This document shows positions 1 through 12,409 of a stretch of DNA of 64,000 bases, one piece after another. The notes under the pieces were generated by a model that ran no database searches, was not told the origin of the DNA, and saw only the letters and a list, made by a program, of their open reading frames with translations. This stretch comes from Azolla caroliniana (lineage: Eukaryota > Plantae > Polypodiophyta). How positions within the stretch are numbered: the stretch's first letter is position 1; the number at the start of each line of letters is the position of its first letter. The translations under genes and the position numbers were made by a program. The stretch spans positions 11,098,001-11,162,000 of the forward strand of contig JBHGNT010000010.1 in NCBI GenBank assembly GCA_043228905.1, written 5' to 3'.

Positions 1-175
1 TTCGGACAGGGATACGCCTCGATTTCCTTCCTACCAAATGCGTACTACCTAGGATTTCGCCTCAGGCGACTTGTACCTACCTACGTACTATACAACAAAA
101 CTTGTGCCCACGTGTAAGGGCCGGTTTTAGCATGTTATACCCGGTTTCCGCCTAGGGATGGTTTTCTCCACGACA
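1..175 (-). repeat. 3' LTR (partial) of gypsy G1
   Basis: Direct repeat of 6441-6615; starts with TG on the minus strand at 175, immediately after the PPT. Confidence 0.93.
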
Positions 176-248
176 TCCGCCCCCCCTAACCGCGCATCCA
201 CCGGTATGCGCCAAAATTAGACTCTTGCCAGAGAAGACCGACCCACGG

Positions 249-3200
249 TTATCCTTCGTCTTCCAGATCGGCATTCGTTCCAAGCCAGTCGTTGTCGCTA
301 TTGAGGTCGTCCGGGTCCGGTTCAGCCTCGTGCCGCTTTTGGAATGCTTTGATCCTTTTCCCCGCCACTGGTACCGCCATCCTTGTCCCGTCGAGCTCTG
401 GGAGATGGTAGGTCCCATTGTCGTTGGTGCTCATCATCGTATAAGGCCCGAACCACCTTCTTGCAAACTTCCGCATTGCCCGGTGCTGGTTGTCGAGGTT
501 GCTATCGTACACTAGAACCCAGTCGCCTTCCTCGATCTTCTTCGGTCTCAGTTGGTGAATCCGGTCGAACCGTCCTTTGTTCTTTACCCTTGCCACCCGT
601 AGCTTCTCCGCAGCTCGGTCCACGTCCTTCGGTCTTCGTTCCAGCTGTCGGATCCGTGCCGCTGACAGCTCCTCCCGGCTCATCTCGTTGTTCCAGTCCA
701 CCATGGCCCATGAGGAGATTGTCTGCTCCATTGGCATGATCGGCTTCTGCTCGTACATTAGCTCTGCTGGCATGAACCTGGTTACCAAACTGTGCATAGT
801 TCGGTCCGCCCACAACGCATAGGGTAAGAGCCGCGGTCAGTTCCCGACCTGGACCCCACACGCCCGTACCAATGCTTTGACCATCGGCCCGTGTCCGTGC
901 TCTACCTTCCCGTTAGCCTCCGGATTGTACGCCGTGGTGAGTGAGAGTTTAATTCCTAGCCGGTCAAACAACTCTTCTGCCTCTTGTGCGTCCAATTCCC
1001 CGCGGTCGGCCACGATCTTACCTACGCACCCGTACCGGCATACCATTTCTTCGATCAGAAATCGGCAGATGGCCGTGGTCGTTTTGCTCTGCAACGCTCG
1101 GCCCTCCACCTGGTTCGTCAGGTCCTCCCGAGCCAACACCAGATACTGCATCTACCCTACCCCCATCGGCATTGTCACCAGATCCACCATCCACTTGAAG
1201 TGGACGGTCGGAGGGTAGGTCGGGTGGAGCTCGTCCCGATGTCGGACTATGGAGTGCACCTGACAGCTTTCGCAAGTCGTCACGAACCGATGCACGTCCC
1301 AGTATAGTCCCGGCCACCAGTATTTCCCCTTCAGCTTCTCGAATGTGGCCCACGTCCCACGGTGTCTGGCCCAGGGACTCTCGTGGTACGCCGTCCGCAA
1401 TTCTTCCTGTTCCTCTTTCTTCGCCACCACTCAGAGCGGGATGCCGTCTCTCTTCTTCGGGTGCTTCCATATGCTCCCATCCCGTAGAAAGAATCGGTAT
1501 GCTTTCTTCCAAATCCGATTGGCCTCTTCCTTCGTCCATGCTGCGTCCGGTGTCATTGCCTTCAAGAACTTGCCGATCTGGAGCCACTCCCCGTCGTACT
1601 TGCTCTCGCGAATTCGTTAAGCGCCGGAGTGCTCCCCTTTCTTGTTGTTACGTTGGCTGACCCGAAGAAATCCTCGCCGACTTCCTCGTTATCCGAAACC
1701 ATGCCATCCTCATCACTGAACCACGCCCTTGAAAGCATATCGGCCATGGCATTATCCTTCCCGGAGATGTGTTGTATCTCCGGGTTCAGGGACTTGATGT
1801 ACGCGATCCACCTGAGCATTGCCAAGTCCGGAGTCGCGCATCCAGAGACCATATCTAGAATTGGTAGGCAGTCCGTCTCGATGATCACTTCCGTCTCGAT
1901 CAGATAGTCCTTGTCGGCCTTGACTGCCGAAACGATACCCCACAGCTCGCGCTTAACTTGGGCGTATCCTCGTTGTCGCTCGCTCAATACCTTTGCCCCG
2001 AACCGGATTGGGAGCCATACGCCGTCCTTGTCCTCCTAACTGATCACCCACCCGATCCCGGTTGGGCTCGTGTCCACCGTCACGTGGATGGGGACTTCCT
2101 TGCCATAAACCGCTTTCCAGAGAGCCGGTGCCACAACAAGCGCGCCTCCTTTAGCGTCCGGACCGACTCCGTGTGCTCCGTCCTCCACTCGAACCTACGC
2201 CCTTTCTTCAATAGCCCGTAGAGCAGTTCCGCGACATGCACGTAGTGCAGAATCCAGATGTGGTAGAACGCGCACGCACCCAAGAATCTGCGGACCTCTG
2301 TAACTGACCCACAATTGTCCTTCATCACAGAGATGGCTTCTACCTTTGCCGGGGACGGTTTTCGGCCATAGGGCCCACATAGGTGTCCGACTACCAGGAT
2401 CTCCGGCTGTCCGAATGTTGATTTGTCTCCGGAGAAGGTGAGTCGTGCGCTCTCGAGTCTTTGTAGCACCCTCTCGCAGTCGCGGATGTGATCCGTCACG
2501 AACCTCCGGCAACCATTGGGCCCGACCAACTCGTCCCTGTCCTCCATTGGACATCCTTTGATCGGGATGTCGTCCAAAAACGGCATGGTGATGTTCGGGA
2601 TGCAGTCCCTCAACACCTTGTTCATCGCATTCACCATGTGTGCCACTGAGTTCGTTCCTCCTTGCCGCAGGGTACACATATGATCTAGGCCGAGAGGAGT
2701 CCGCATCGTCGTGACATCCCTGCTCTACGACTAGCTGGAACTGATCGTAGCCTGAGTACAGGTCCCCGACCGAGTAGATCGACCGCCCTGCGAAAGCCTC
2801 TGCAAACTCATCGATGGTCTGTCTGATACCTGCGTTTCGAATGGTCACCTTGTTGACCGGCTGTAGGTCCTGTATGAAACGCAGTGTGCCATTCTTCTTC
2901 GGCATGGTAAACCACCGATTTGAGTATGGGGCACTCGACGGTTCGAGGATGCCCAGCTCCACCTTCTATTTCAGCAGCTCCATCAGCTTCGGGATGTGAG
3001 CTCTGGGTACCGGAATCGGTTTGAGACTCCACGAAACATGCAGTACCGTGAAGATCACCATTGGTTCCACAACCTTCGGGTCTACGCACCCGATCTCCTC
3101 CGGTGAGAATACGAAAGCCTTCCCGTGCCTCTCGAGCATTCTCTGAAACCGGTCCTCTTCCGCCGGCAGTAGAAAGCCACCCCCACCGATCTTGAGCTCC

Positions 3201-5858
3201 CGTAGCGTTACGTCGGTGAACATGTGTCCTATGTTGGCTGAATCTCGTAAACTTGGGTCCGATGCAACCCCCTTTATCCGTAACTTGCTGCCCTCCGGCA
3301 AGGGTGCCGCGACTAGCCTCACCTTCTGGTCCACAGTCTTGTACTTTGTCTCCACTCGGGCCGTCCGATCCGACTCGAGTCCACTACCGAAGTCGGCGAT
3401 GACTTCGCACATCTTTTCCGAACATACCGGAATCGTCTGGTCCTCATTAAGGCCTTCTCCGAACACCTCTCGTAACTTCCCCAAGGTGTCATCGAAAGAG
3501 GCCGCCTCCACAGCTCCGTTGATTTCCTCTTCAGGGCCGAGGACTCCGCATGCCCGAAGCCGCTCCTCCGCCCGCTTCTTTTCCCGGCCAACTACGCCGG
3601 CTATCGTACAACCTCCGCTATCGGAGAACCAAAATTTCCTACCTATAGTACAGGTGTTTTTGCCTATAGTACATCTATGGGGTTTTCCCAGGGTGTCCGG
3701 ACTATCGTGGCCCCACGCTTTGATAGCCCTCTCTAAAAATCCCCTCGGCTGTCGCCGCCAAGGGTCTCGCGGTTTCGCTCGTGGTTGGGTCGCATTGTCA
3801 TGAATTGGATGGAATGCCGAACGTCTTGGCTCTTGACGCGCGCATACGCCGAATCGTTGTCCAATACTTTCGTCTCCATGCGCGCTGCCATAATGTACGG
3901 TTCGCCGAGAATTACCGGGTGCGAGGAAGTCTCCTGCACGAAGAAATGTTGATCTATCTCGACGTCGCCGATCTTCACGCGTACGTTCGGGCACGCACCA
4001 TGCAACTCCTCTGTAGTACACGTCGCCGCGCGTATCTTCCACCCGTGCTTGGTGTTGATCGGCCATTTCCCCATTTTATAGAAGTCCATGGACATCAGGT
4101 TGATCTCCAAACCGTGGTCTACCAATGCTACCACCGGCTCCTGGACATCGCCGATCCAAACAGGGGTTTCCGTAGTGGCCCTAGCCCAATGCGGCTTCGC
4201 GTAGTGGCTTTCCGCCAACTCATCCTCTAGGGCCGTGTCTTCTAAGTGCGTCGTCCACACTTCCATCGCGGTTTCGGTTCCGTCGAGAGCCTCTTCCGCT
4301 TTACCAAGTCCATGATGGAGTCGTGGAACTCCTTCTTGGCGATTCCTAGCACCTCCCGTAACGACAACTCGACCTTGCTGTCGAGAATTCTTTCTTCCAG
4401 GACCTTCCGCAGGTCCGTCGCTCGTTCTATTTCGGTGCTCAGCCGGAAACCAGCCTGCTTCTTCTTCTCCGGTGCACCGGCGTTGACGGTCTCGTTCAGC
4501 TTCGGCCCGAACCGGGTCTCGTACCGCTGCAAGGGGCCTGCCCCTCCGGCTTTTCCTGCGCGTTTGTCTTCTACCAAAACCTCATAGTTCTGGCATGCGG
4601 CTGCCACGAAGCCAGTCTTCTCTTCCACTAGGTCGTCCCATCCGGTGACCTCCTGGATCCGCTGTTTAGCGCGGTCTACCTCTTCCTTCTTCAACCATAC
4701 TCTAGGGAGAACCTCTAGCACCACCGGCCAGAATTCGGAGTCCTTCGCTTTCCGGGCCTCATCATCCCCGACCCGGATTCCTGCCGACGCCGAGTAGTTA
4801 ACGACCTTTGCATGTCGTGCCGCGGCCTCTTCCATCAACCACTTCATTACGCCGCGCCCTGAATTCAACTCTAGGACTTTTCGGGTCTCGCTCGCGTGCA
4901 CCTGCCCGTTCCAGAGGTAAACCACATTGGTCCTGAGTGCCTCTGCAAAATCCGTGCATTCATTCCGTATGTGGCCGACCACGTCGCACAACATGCACCG
5001 CTACCCCGTCGGTGGCCTTCGGTCACGAGACTGTTCGCCGCTATCCCTTCGGGTATGTGCGATTTGGAGATCTCGCACCATCTGCGACAGCTCTTCTAGA
5101 GCCACACCTCCGGAGGGACCTTTGACCACTCCACTCAGGGCTGAGCCCGTCTCAAGCCAACTCCGAGTTTCTTCCTTCCTAGCCGGTACCGAGACCGGCT
5201 CCTCGAGCTCCCTCACCGGGACCAGCCTTGCCGCCGACGAGCCCTCATCGCTCCACTCGCGCCGCTTGTCGAAACGACCACAGACCCTCCTTACCATGGC
5301 CCAGTCTGCCGTGAGCCCTTCGTCCGTTTCCAACAGGAGACCCACCTTCTCCCGGTCCATGGCATCCACCGCCTTGACGAACAGTAGTACCCGGCTTGTG
5401 TCAAGCACGGTCCGGTCCAGCGTTGACAGCCGTGCGAACCGTTTCTCGAACTCCTGGAGGAGCGCCGATGCGTTTCTCCCCTTCCCTGGGCTCTGAACCC
5501 ACGCCATGAAGTCTCGCTTCGACAGCCGAAGCGAGTCATCGAACCCATACATCTCGAGGAGCTGCAACTCAAACTCCTCCCAAGTCCGGCATCCGACCAG
5601 CACCTCGAGCACCTCTGCGTGGATGCTCGGTGTAACCACTCGAGGGAATCCGGACAGCCGACTGTCCACCGAGATATCCCTCATGATCATTTTGGCCCGA
5701 TAGGCCTCCAAGTAGCTCGTGGCATTCTTCCCACCGAATCAACCTATGGTGCCGACGATCGACTCAATGGCCCTATCGAGGGCACCCGTTCCCTCGCGAG
5801 CGCTCACTAGCCGGTCGACGGCTACGACCATAGCTTCAGCAAGATCGGATCCCTTCAT
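249..5858 (-). pseudogene. gag-protease / pol pseudogene of G1 (multiple stops and frameshifts)
   Basis: ORF fragments align to the intact 708-aa and 1127-aa ORFs at 40256-45870. Example of decay: CAG ATG CGG in the intact copy is TAG ATG CAG at ~1150. Confidence 0.92.
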
Positions 5859-5902
5859 CCTTCACTCCTTTGCCGCCTGTTTCACATCGGGTTCACCAAA
5901 TA

Positions 5903-5974
5903 TGTCGAGTTGTTACGCTCTTCGCGTTCGGAAAGAGGCGGGACCGCGGGGGCCTTGAACCAAGGGGCGTGAGA

Positions 5975-6059
<85 letters not shown>

Positions 6060-6615
6060 AGCTTGCAGAAACATAGAGGAGGAAAGAGACGGAGAACAAA
6101 GTCTTAATTACAACAAACAACGATTACAACCGGGAAGCCGACGACAAACCCAACTCAGGTGAACACTCACACACACACAATGCTCACGCACGCACACAGC
6201 CCCGACTGCACTGTGGAGCCTTTGCTGGAAGCACACGGGCTGTCCACGAAGCAGAGGCAACTCAGTCCAAAATCCTGTAGAGAACGACGAACAATGGAGG
6301 AGAGAGCTCGGTCCTAGTCCGACAACACTTTTTTCTCGCTCCCCCCAAAACGCGATATTTTTCCCTCACTTCTCCCTCTCTTTTATAACCCAAGGAGGGA
6401 GGCTGCTTCCACTCGTTACATCATGTTTATTCCCTGTCCTTTCGGACAGGGATACGCCTCGATTTCCTCCCTACCGAATGTGTACTACCTAGGATTTCGT
6501 CTCAGGAGACTTGTACTTACCTACGTACTATACAACAAAACTTGTGCCCACGTGTAAGGGCCAGTTTTCGCATGTTATACCCGGTTTCTGCCTAGGGACG
6601 GTTTTCTCCACGACA
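5903..6615 (-). repeat. 5' LTR of gypsy G1, containing a (GA)n microsatellite at ~5981-6058
   Basis: TG...CA termini, repeat of 1-175, adjacent to the PBS. Both ends are homologous to the ends of the LTR at 39517-40212. Confidence 0.92.
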
Positions 6616-9600
6616 ATGTATATTTGAATGTACTTGGCATGTTTCGCATGTGGACACGAAATGAAGTACATCTTTGTACATGCTTGGCCACCAGTACTTC
6701 TCCTTCAACTTCTCGAATGTCGCCCAGGTTCCTCTATGACCTGCCCAGGCACTGTCGTGGAATTCCGTCATTAGTGTCACTTGCTCTTCTTTCTTCACCA
6801 CCACTCGACGTGGTATTCCTGTCCTTCTTTTTGGGTGTCGCCAAAGGAATCCTCCCTTCAAGAAGTATTGGTAGGCTTTCTTCCGGATTCGTAGGGCCTC
6901 CTCCTTTGTCAACGAAGCATCCGTCGTCACCGTTCTTAGGAATCTGCCGATTAGTAACCACTCCCCTTCGTATTCGTCCTCGTTGAAGGCGTGGAGGGTT
7001 AGCGTGCCCTTGTCTTCCGCCAATAGTGGAGCCATCTCGAAGAAGTCGAGGGTGACGTCTTCATCTTCCGAAACCATGTCACCTTCATTCTCAAATCTTG
7101 CCCTGGACAGCATGTTAGCCATGGCATTCTTCTTCCCTGCAATATGGCGAATCTTTGGGTTTAAAGACTTGATAAAGGCAATCCCCCTTAGCATAGCTAG
7201 ATCTGGTGTCGCACATCCTGAGATCATCCCGAGGATTGGGAGACAATCTGTCTCAATTATTACTTCCGACCCGATCAGGTAGTCTTTGTCCATCTTCACT
7301 GCCGACACAATACCCCAAAGTTCTCGCTTGACTTGGGCGTATATTTGTTGTCGTTCATTAGAACCTTTGCTCCGAACCCAATGGCATACCACGCATTAAC
7401 TTCTACTTCTTGGTTGATGACCCACCCGATTCCGGTTGGGCTCGTATCTACAGTCACATAAATCGGCTTCCCTTTGGTATAGTCGGCCTTTCTTAATGCT
7501 GGAGCTTCAAGAAGTAGTTTCTTCAATCTTCGCATTGCGTTTGTGTGATCGACTCACCATTCGAACTTCATTCTTTTCTTTAGCAATCCTTATAAAGGCT
7601 CGGCGATATGGGCGTAGTGCGGAATCCAGATATGATAAAATGCGCATGCTCCAAGGAACCTTCGAACCTCTGTTTGGTTTACACATTCTTCTATCATATC
7701 CTAGATCGCGTTCACCTTGGATGGCGAAGGTTTCCGACTGTATGGTCCGCACAAGTGACCTACCACCAAGATCTCTGGTTGTCCAAATGCGGATTTTTCT
7801 CCCGAAAATGTCAAATTCGCATCTTCGAGCCTTTGGAGCACCTTCTCACAATCTTTCATATGATCCGCGACGAACTTTCTACACCCTTATCTTTCGATTC
7901 ATCTTTCTCCTCATCTGAACATCCTTTTATTGGAATATCATCCAAGAATGGCATTGTGATGTCTGGGATGCAATCCTTCAAGACCTTGTTCATGGCATTC
8001 ACCATATGTGCCACCAAGTTCGTTGCACCTTGAGGTAAGGTACACATTCACACGAGCCCGATCGGAGTCCTTATGGTTGTAATGTCACGACTGTCTATCG
8101 CCAATTGGAATTGGTCATATCCGGAGTAGAGATCACCAATGGAGTAGATGGACCAGCCCGCAAACACCTCAGCAAATTCGTCTACGCTCGGACCGATTCC
8201 AGCATTTCGAATTATCACCTTGTTGACGGGTTGAAGATCTTGGATGAATCGCAATGATCCATTCTTCTTCGGCACCGTGAACCACCTATTAGAGTAAGGA
8301 GCATTCGACAGTTCTAGAATACCCATATTCACTTTCTCCTTTAAGAGTTCGATCAACTTCGGAAGGTGCGCTCTTGGAACTGGTATCGGTTTCAAATTCC
8401 AAGGTACGTGCGGCACCATGAAGATCACCATCGGCTCTATTGTCCTTGGATCAACACATCCGATTTCTTGTGGGGAAAATGCGAAAGCCTTCCCATGTCT
8501 CTCAAGCATGTCGCGAAACATTTGCTCTTCTTCAGGGAGGAGGAAATCCTCCCTTCCAATTCCTAACTTTCCCTTCGTCTCTTCGGTGAAGATATGACCT
8601 ATCATCTTTGGATCTCTTAAACTTAAATCGTTAGCGACTTCCTTCATCTTTTGCCAGCTATCTTTCGGTAGCAGAACCGCAACTGGCTTGATCTTCTTAT
8701 CCACCGTTTTATATTTTGTGTTGACTTCAGCTTCCTCCATCAAGATGCCACGATAGTATTCATCGATGATAGCGTACATGTTGACGGAGTTAACCGAAAT
8801 CATGCATTGGTCATGAAGATAGATCAAGTCCACGACGTCCTCGATTTCGCTGATGGTGTCGTTAAATGAGATTTCTTCCATAATATGAGTCACAAACTCT
8901 TCTTCTTCTATTATGTTTTCTTCTTTTAGCATCTTCTCGAAATCCTGTATCCGACGCTTGTCCTTCTTGTCGGATAGAACTAGTTTACATGTGCCACTAG
9001 GTGTGGGGACTTGTGATCACTCGGACTATTTCTGCCCCATGCTTCAATAGTCCGCTCTAAAAATCCGAGGATTCGCCTCCAAGACTATCTCGATTTCTTT
9101 CATGATTAGCTCGCACCGTTAGGAATTGAACAGATCTTTGGTTGTCAAGACTCTTTATTCGAGCAAATGCCGCACCATTGTCGAACACTTTGGTTTCCAT
9201 CCGAGATGATGTGATATACGGTTGTCCTAGGATGACAGGATGCGACGCCAATTCTTGCACGAAGAAGTGTTGATCCATCTCCACATCCCCAATCGCGACT
9301 TTAACATTGGGACAAGCACCGTACAAGTCCTCCGTAGTCTTTGTTGCCACACAAATCTTCCATCCGTGATTTGTAGTGATTGGCCATCTTCCTTTTTTGT
9401 ATAAGTCAATTGACATGAGGTTGATCTCCGAGCCGTGGTTGATCAAGACTACCACAGTCTCTTTCTTCTCCCCGATCTTCACCGGCATCTCCGTTGTTGC
9501 TCGTGCCCAATGAGGTCGAGTATAGTGGCTGTCCACCATTTCTTCATCGACTTCTTCTCTTCCCATCATTATGGAATTTGCTTTCGCTTTTAGTGGCTTC

Positions 9601-11875
9601 TCTTCTTCTTCATCCGATTGTTGCCTTTTTCGCTTTACAAGATCCACGATCATGTCGTGGAACTCCTTCTTCGTAATGCCGAGTAATTCCCTCAAGGACA
9701 AAGTCACGTGGCTGTCAAGAACGTGTTCCTTGAGAATCTTCTTCAGGTCTGTCGTCTGCTCTATGTCCGACCTTAGCTTATAGGTAGGCATAGTCCTTGT
9801 CTTTCGAGCAGGGTCTTTGATACCAATCTTCACGGGCCGAACCGTTACTTCGACTCATTTTCTCGACTCCTCTTTTGGGCTTGTGTCTCCTTCCTCCATT
9901 TGCAAGGGTTGACCCGTCTCTACATCTTCTTTCTTTTTTGCGTTCCTTGTTTCATGTCTTTTTTATGAGCCTTGCTCTTCTATTCTTTTTCTCTTTTCTT
10001 CGACGAACACCTCATGGTTGTCGCACATCACTTCCGCGAGTATGGTGTTGTCATCCACCGGATCCGACCACCCGGTTATGCTTTGCACGCTTCGGTTCGC
10101 AAGCTCTACCTTGTTCGATGTGACCTTCCCCATCTTCTCATACTCGAGAACGGAAGACCAAAACTTTGCTCCCACTTTCGCAGCTTCATTTTTGTCTTTC
10201 TCGACTCTTATTCCGGCCGTTGAAGCATAGTGCATTGCATCCACATGAGTCACCTCAACATCTTCCATAGACTTCTTCATTCTCCCTCTTCCGAAATTCA
10301 CCCGTAGGGGTCTTCGAGTTTCAGTCGAGCAGATCATGTTGTCATCTATTTATACGATATTTTGTCGGATCGCCTCTCGAAGGCTTGCGCAATCCCTTCT
10401 CTTGTGGTCCATGCTATCGCACCACACGCATCTAAAGGTTTCTTTTCCTTTGGGGCCCTGAGGATTCATGTTGGCTAGGGTGACCACCTCAAACTTCTTC
10501 GCTAGTTCTTCGATGATGTCATCACCAATCTTCTTTTCTTCCACGTTACTTTGTTTTGGCGGCTCAGCTACTTTTGGCAGTCTTGCTTTCTCTGTGACAG
10601 TCGATCCCGTCAAGTCGGTGTCATCAACCCATTAGCGACGCTTGTCGAGCCTATTGCACGCCCAATTCACCGCGATCCAGTCCCCTACAAGCCCATTTGC
10701 TTGGGTATCGTCTTCGAGAAGAGTCCCCAATTCTCGTCTATCCTTCATATCCACAGCCTTTAGGAAGTACAAAGTTTTGTCCTCCTTAAGTAGCACTTGG
10801 TCTGTGGCGGGGAGACGACGAAACATTTGGTCAAATTCGTCGTACACCCTCGAAGCGCTCATCTTCTTATTCTTCTTTTCTATCCACTTCATCAAGGCAT
10901 GTCGAGTCATCCTTGACAAATCTTCCGTCGCGAACTCCGCTAATATTGCTTCCTCGAACTCTGACCACGTTGTCTTCCCTTCTTGAAGTTTGATGACGCG
11001 CCTTTGGATGTTGTTGGCGACCACTCTCTTGAAACTTGTGATTTTCCGCGCTTCAGACACGTCCCTTTGATTCATCTCCCTTTTATATGCATCAAGGAAC
11101 TTCGTAATGTTCCTTCCGTTGACCCTCAAGCTCTACGACACGGTCGACGGCCTTTCCCACGCTCGCATCGTTGTCTCGAGATCTCATCATTTGTTCTACG
11201 ATCAACATCATCCTTTCGAACTCTCTCGCTTGGTTGCTTGAGGATGTCATCTCCAAGTATCAGTTGATCCTCGATTTGATCCTTCCTACCGCCTTTTTCA
11301 CATCGGGTTCACCACTTAATTATGTCATGAAGAACCGTCACTACGTGCGGATCGCGAGGCGGAACCGTCGGGGTTCTGGACCGGAAGGATTCGAAGTTGC
11401 ACTAGCTTTAGCAAGAAAGGAATTAAGATAGATTGGCAGAGAGAGAGATTGAGATAAGATAGAACGCTTGATTTTAGATTGAGAGAGAGCTTAAGATTGG
11501 ATCCTTGACTTTAGGTTTAAGAAACAAGATACACCATCAATTGGAGAACAAATCTTCTTCTTCTTAAATTCTTGAATCATACATAACATCTTTTTATCTT
11601 TTTCATCCATCCTTTTATAGATGCTCCCATGCATATGATGCATGCGGGTACAAGACATGCATACAATGCATGGAATGCATGTGATGCATGTTTGCCATTT
11701 GGCGCTCATGCATCACATGTCACTCAATCAAGCTCTAATATGAGAATTTACATGTAAAACTATAATGATAAGAAAAATATTTTTAAGGAAATGTCATAGC
11801 CTAGTGATAAGTCTATAGACTCTCAACGTGGAGGCGCAAGGATCAAGTCTTCACTTGAACTCCTTTTGAATATAC

Positions 11876-11913
<38 letters not shown>

Positions 11914-12234
11914 TATTATTAATGTATTTTTACAAGGCGTTTCTCCGTCCGGTCGTCGTTTCGCCGGCTCCGTTGGTTGCCGTTGTCGGATGATACCGAA
12001 TGCTGATCTCGCTGGTCGCCATCGACGGATTCGTCCAAAACATAGAGTTATATGCATTTGGCTACATCCATTCGTTAAGTCATATAACTAAACCTTTCTA
12101 TGCTCCACACATAGACACAAAGATAATAGCTTTTGCTCTGCCTTATATATGGTGGGATCTTTATTTGTCCTGTTTATGTGGGATACATATTTTTCTCTTC
12201 TTCTTTGCAAACTTCATACCCACATAACATGACA
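6616..12234 (-). mobile_element. Ty3/gypsy LTR retrotransposon G2: more divergent, AT-richer relative of G1/G3, degenerate, interrupted in integrase by G1
   Basis: 5' LTR 11323-12234 with TGTCATG...CATGACA termini and tRNA-Trp PBS at ~11297-11314. gag 10350-11129 contains CVWCDSMDHKRRDC; protease 9057-9833 (LINHGSEINLM); RT 7856-8932 (GDLYSGYDQ, FLDD); RNaseH plus integrase Zn finger 6592-7535, cut at CETCQVHSNIH by the G1 LTR. Confidence 0.92.
11323..12234 (-). repeat. 5' LTR of gypsy G2
   Basis: 7-bp inverted termini TGTCATG/CATGACA, followed on the minus strand by the PBS; includes (TA)n at ~11879-11910. The partner LTR is outside the window. Confidence 0.75.
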
Positions 12235-12409
12235 CTTAGATGTCCGTTTCCTACGTAGTAAACTACATTGAGAAGTTCTTCTAGACCTCCATCTTTTTTG
12301 TACCAAGATATTAAACTTATTTAAAATAGTATCTTTACTATTATTGTTTTATATTTCGTGAGAAGAACCACACTCGATTTCGTATGTTCCTTACAAGTTT
12401 CACACTATC

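Larger units (their letters stand above)
1..6615 (-). mobile_element. Ty3/gypsy LTR retrotransposon copy G1, degenerate; its 3' LTR runs off the left window edge
   Basis: 5' LTR 5903-6615 (TGTCG...CGACA). Bases 1-175 match 6441-6615 with 10 mismatches counted. PBS TGGTGAACCCGATGTGAA lies next to 5903 and PPT GGTTAGGGGGGCGGA next to 175. Fragmented gag (5001-5711, 4242-4994), protease (LVDHG, 3733-4266), RT (FLDD, 2080-2962), RNaseH (1562-1987) and integrase (249-1430) are colinear with the intact copy at 39517-46638. Confidence 0.95.

Noticed and set aside
5870-6120. ORFs with RE/SL repeats (also 18216-18472, 22007-22372, 52986-53303)
   Set aside because: Translations of (GA)n and (TATG)n microsatellites.
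6592-7392. Apparent novel C-terminus (..NIHCRGENRP) on the G2 integrase fragment
   Set aside because: Readthrough into the inserted G1 LTR, not a real fusion protein.
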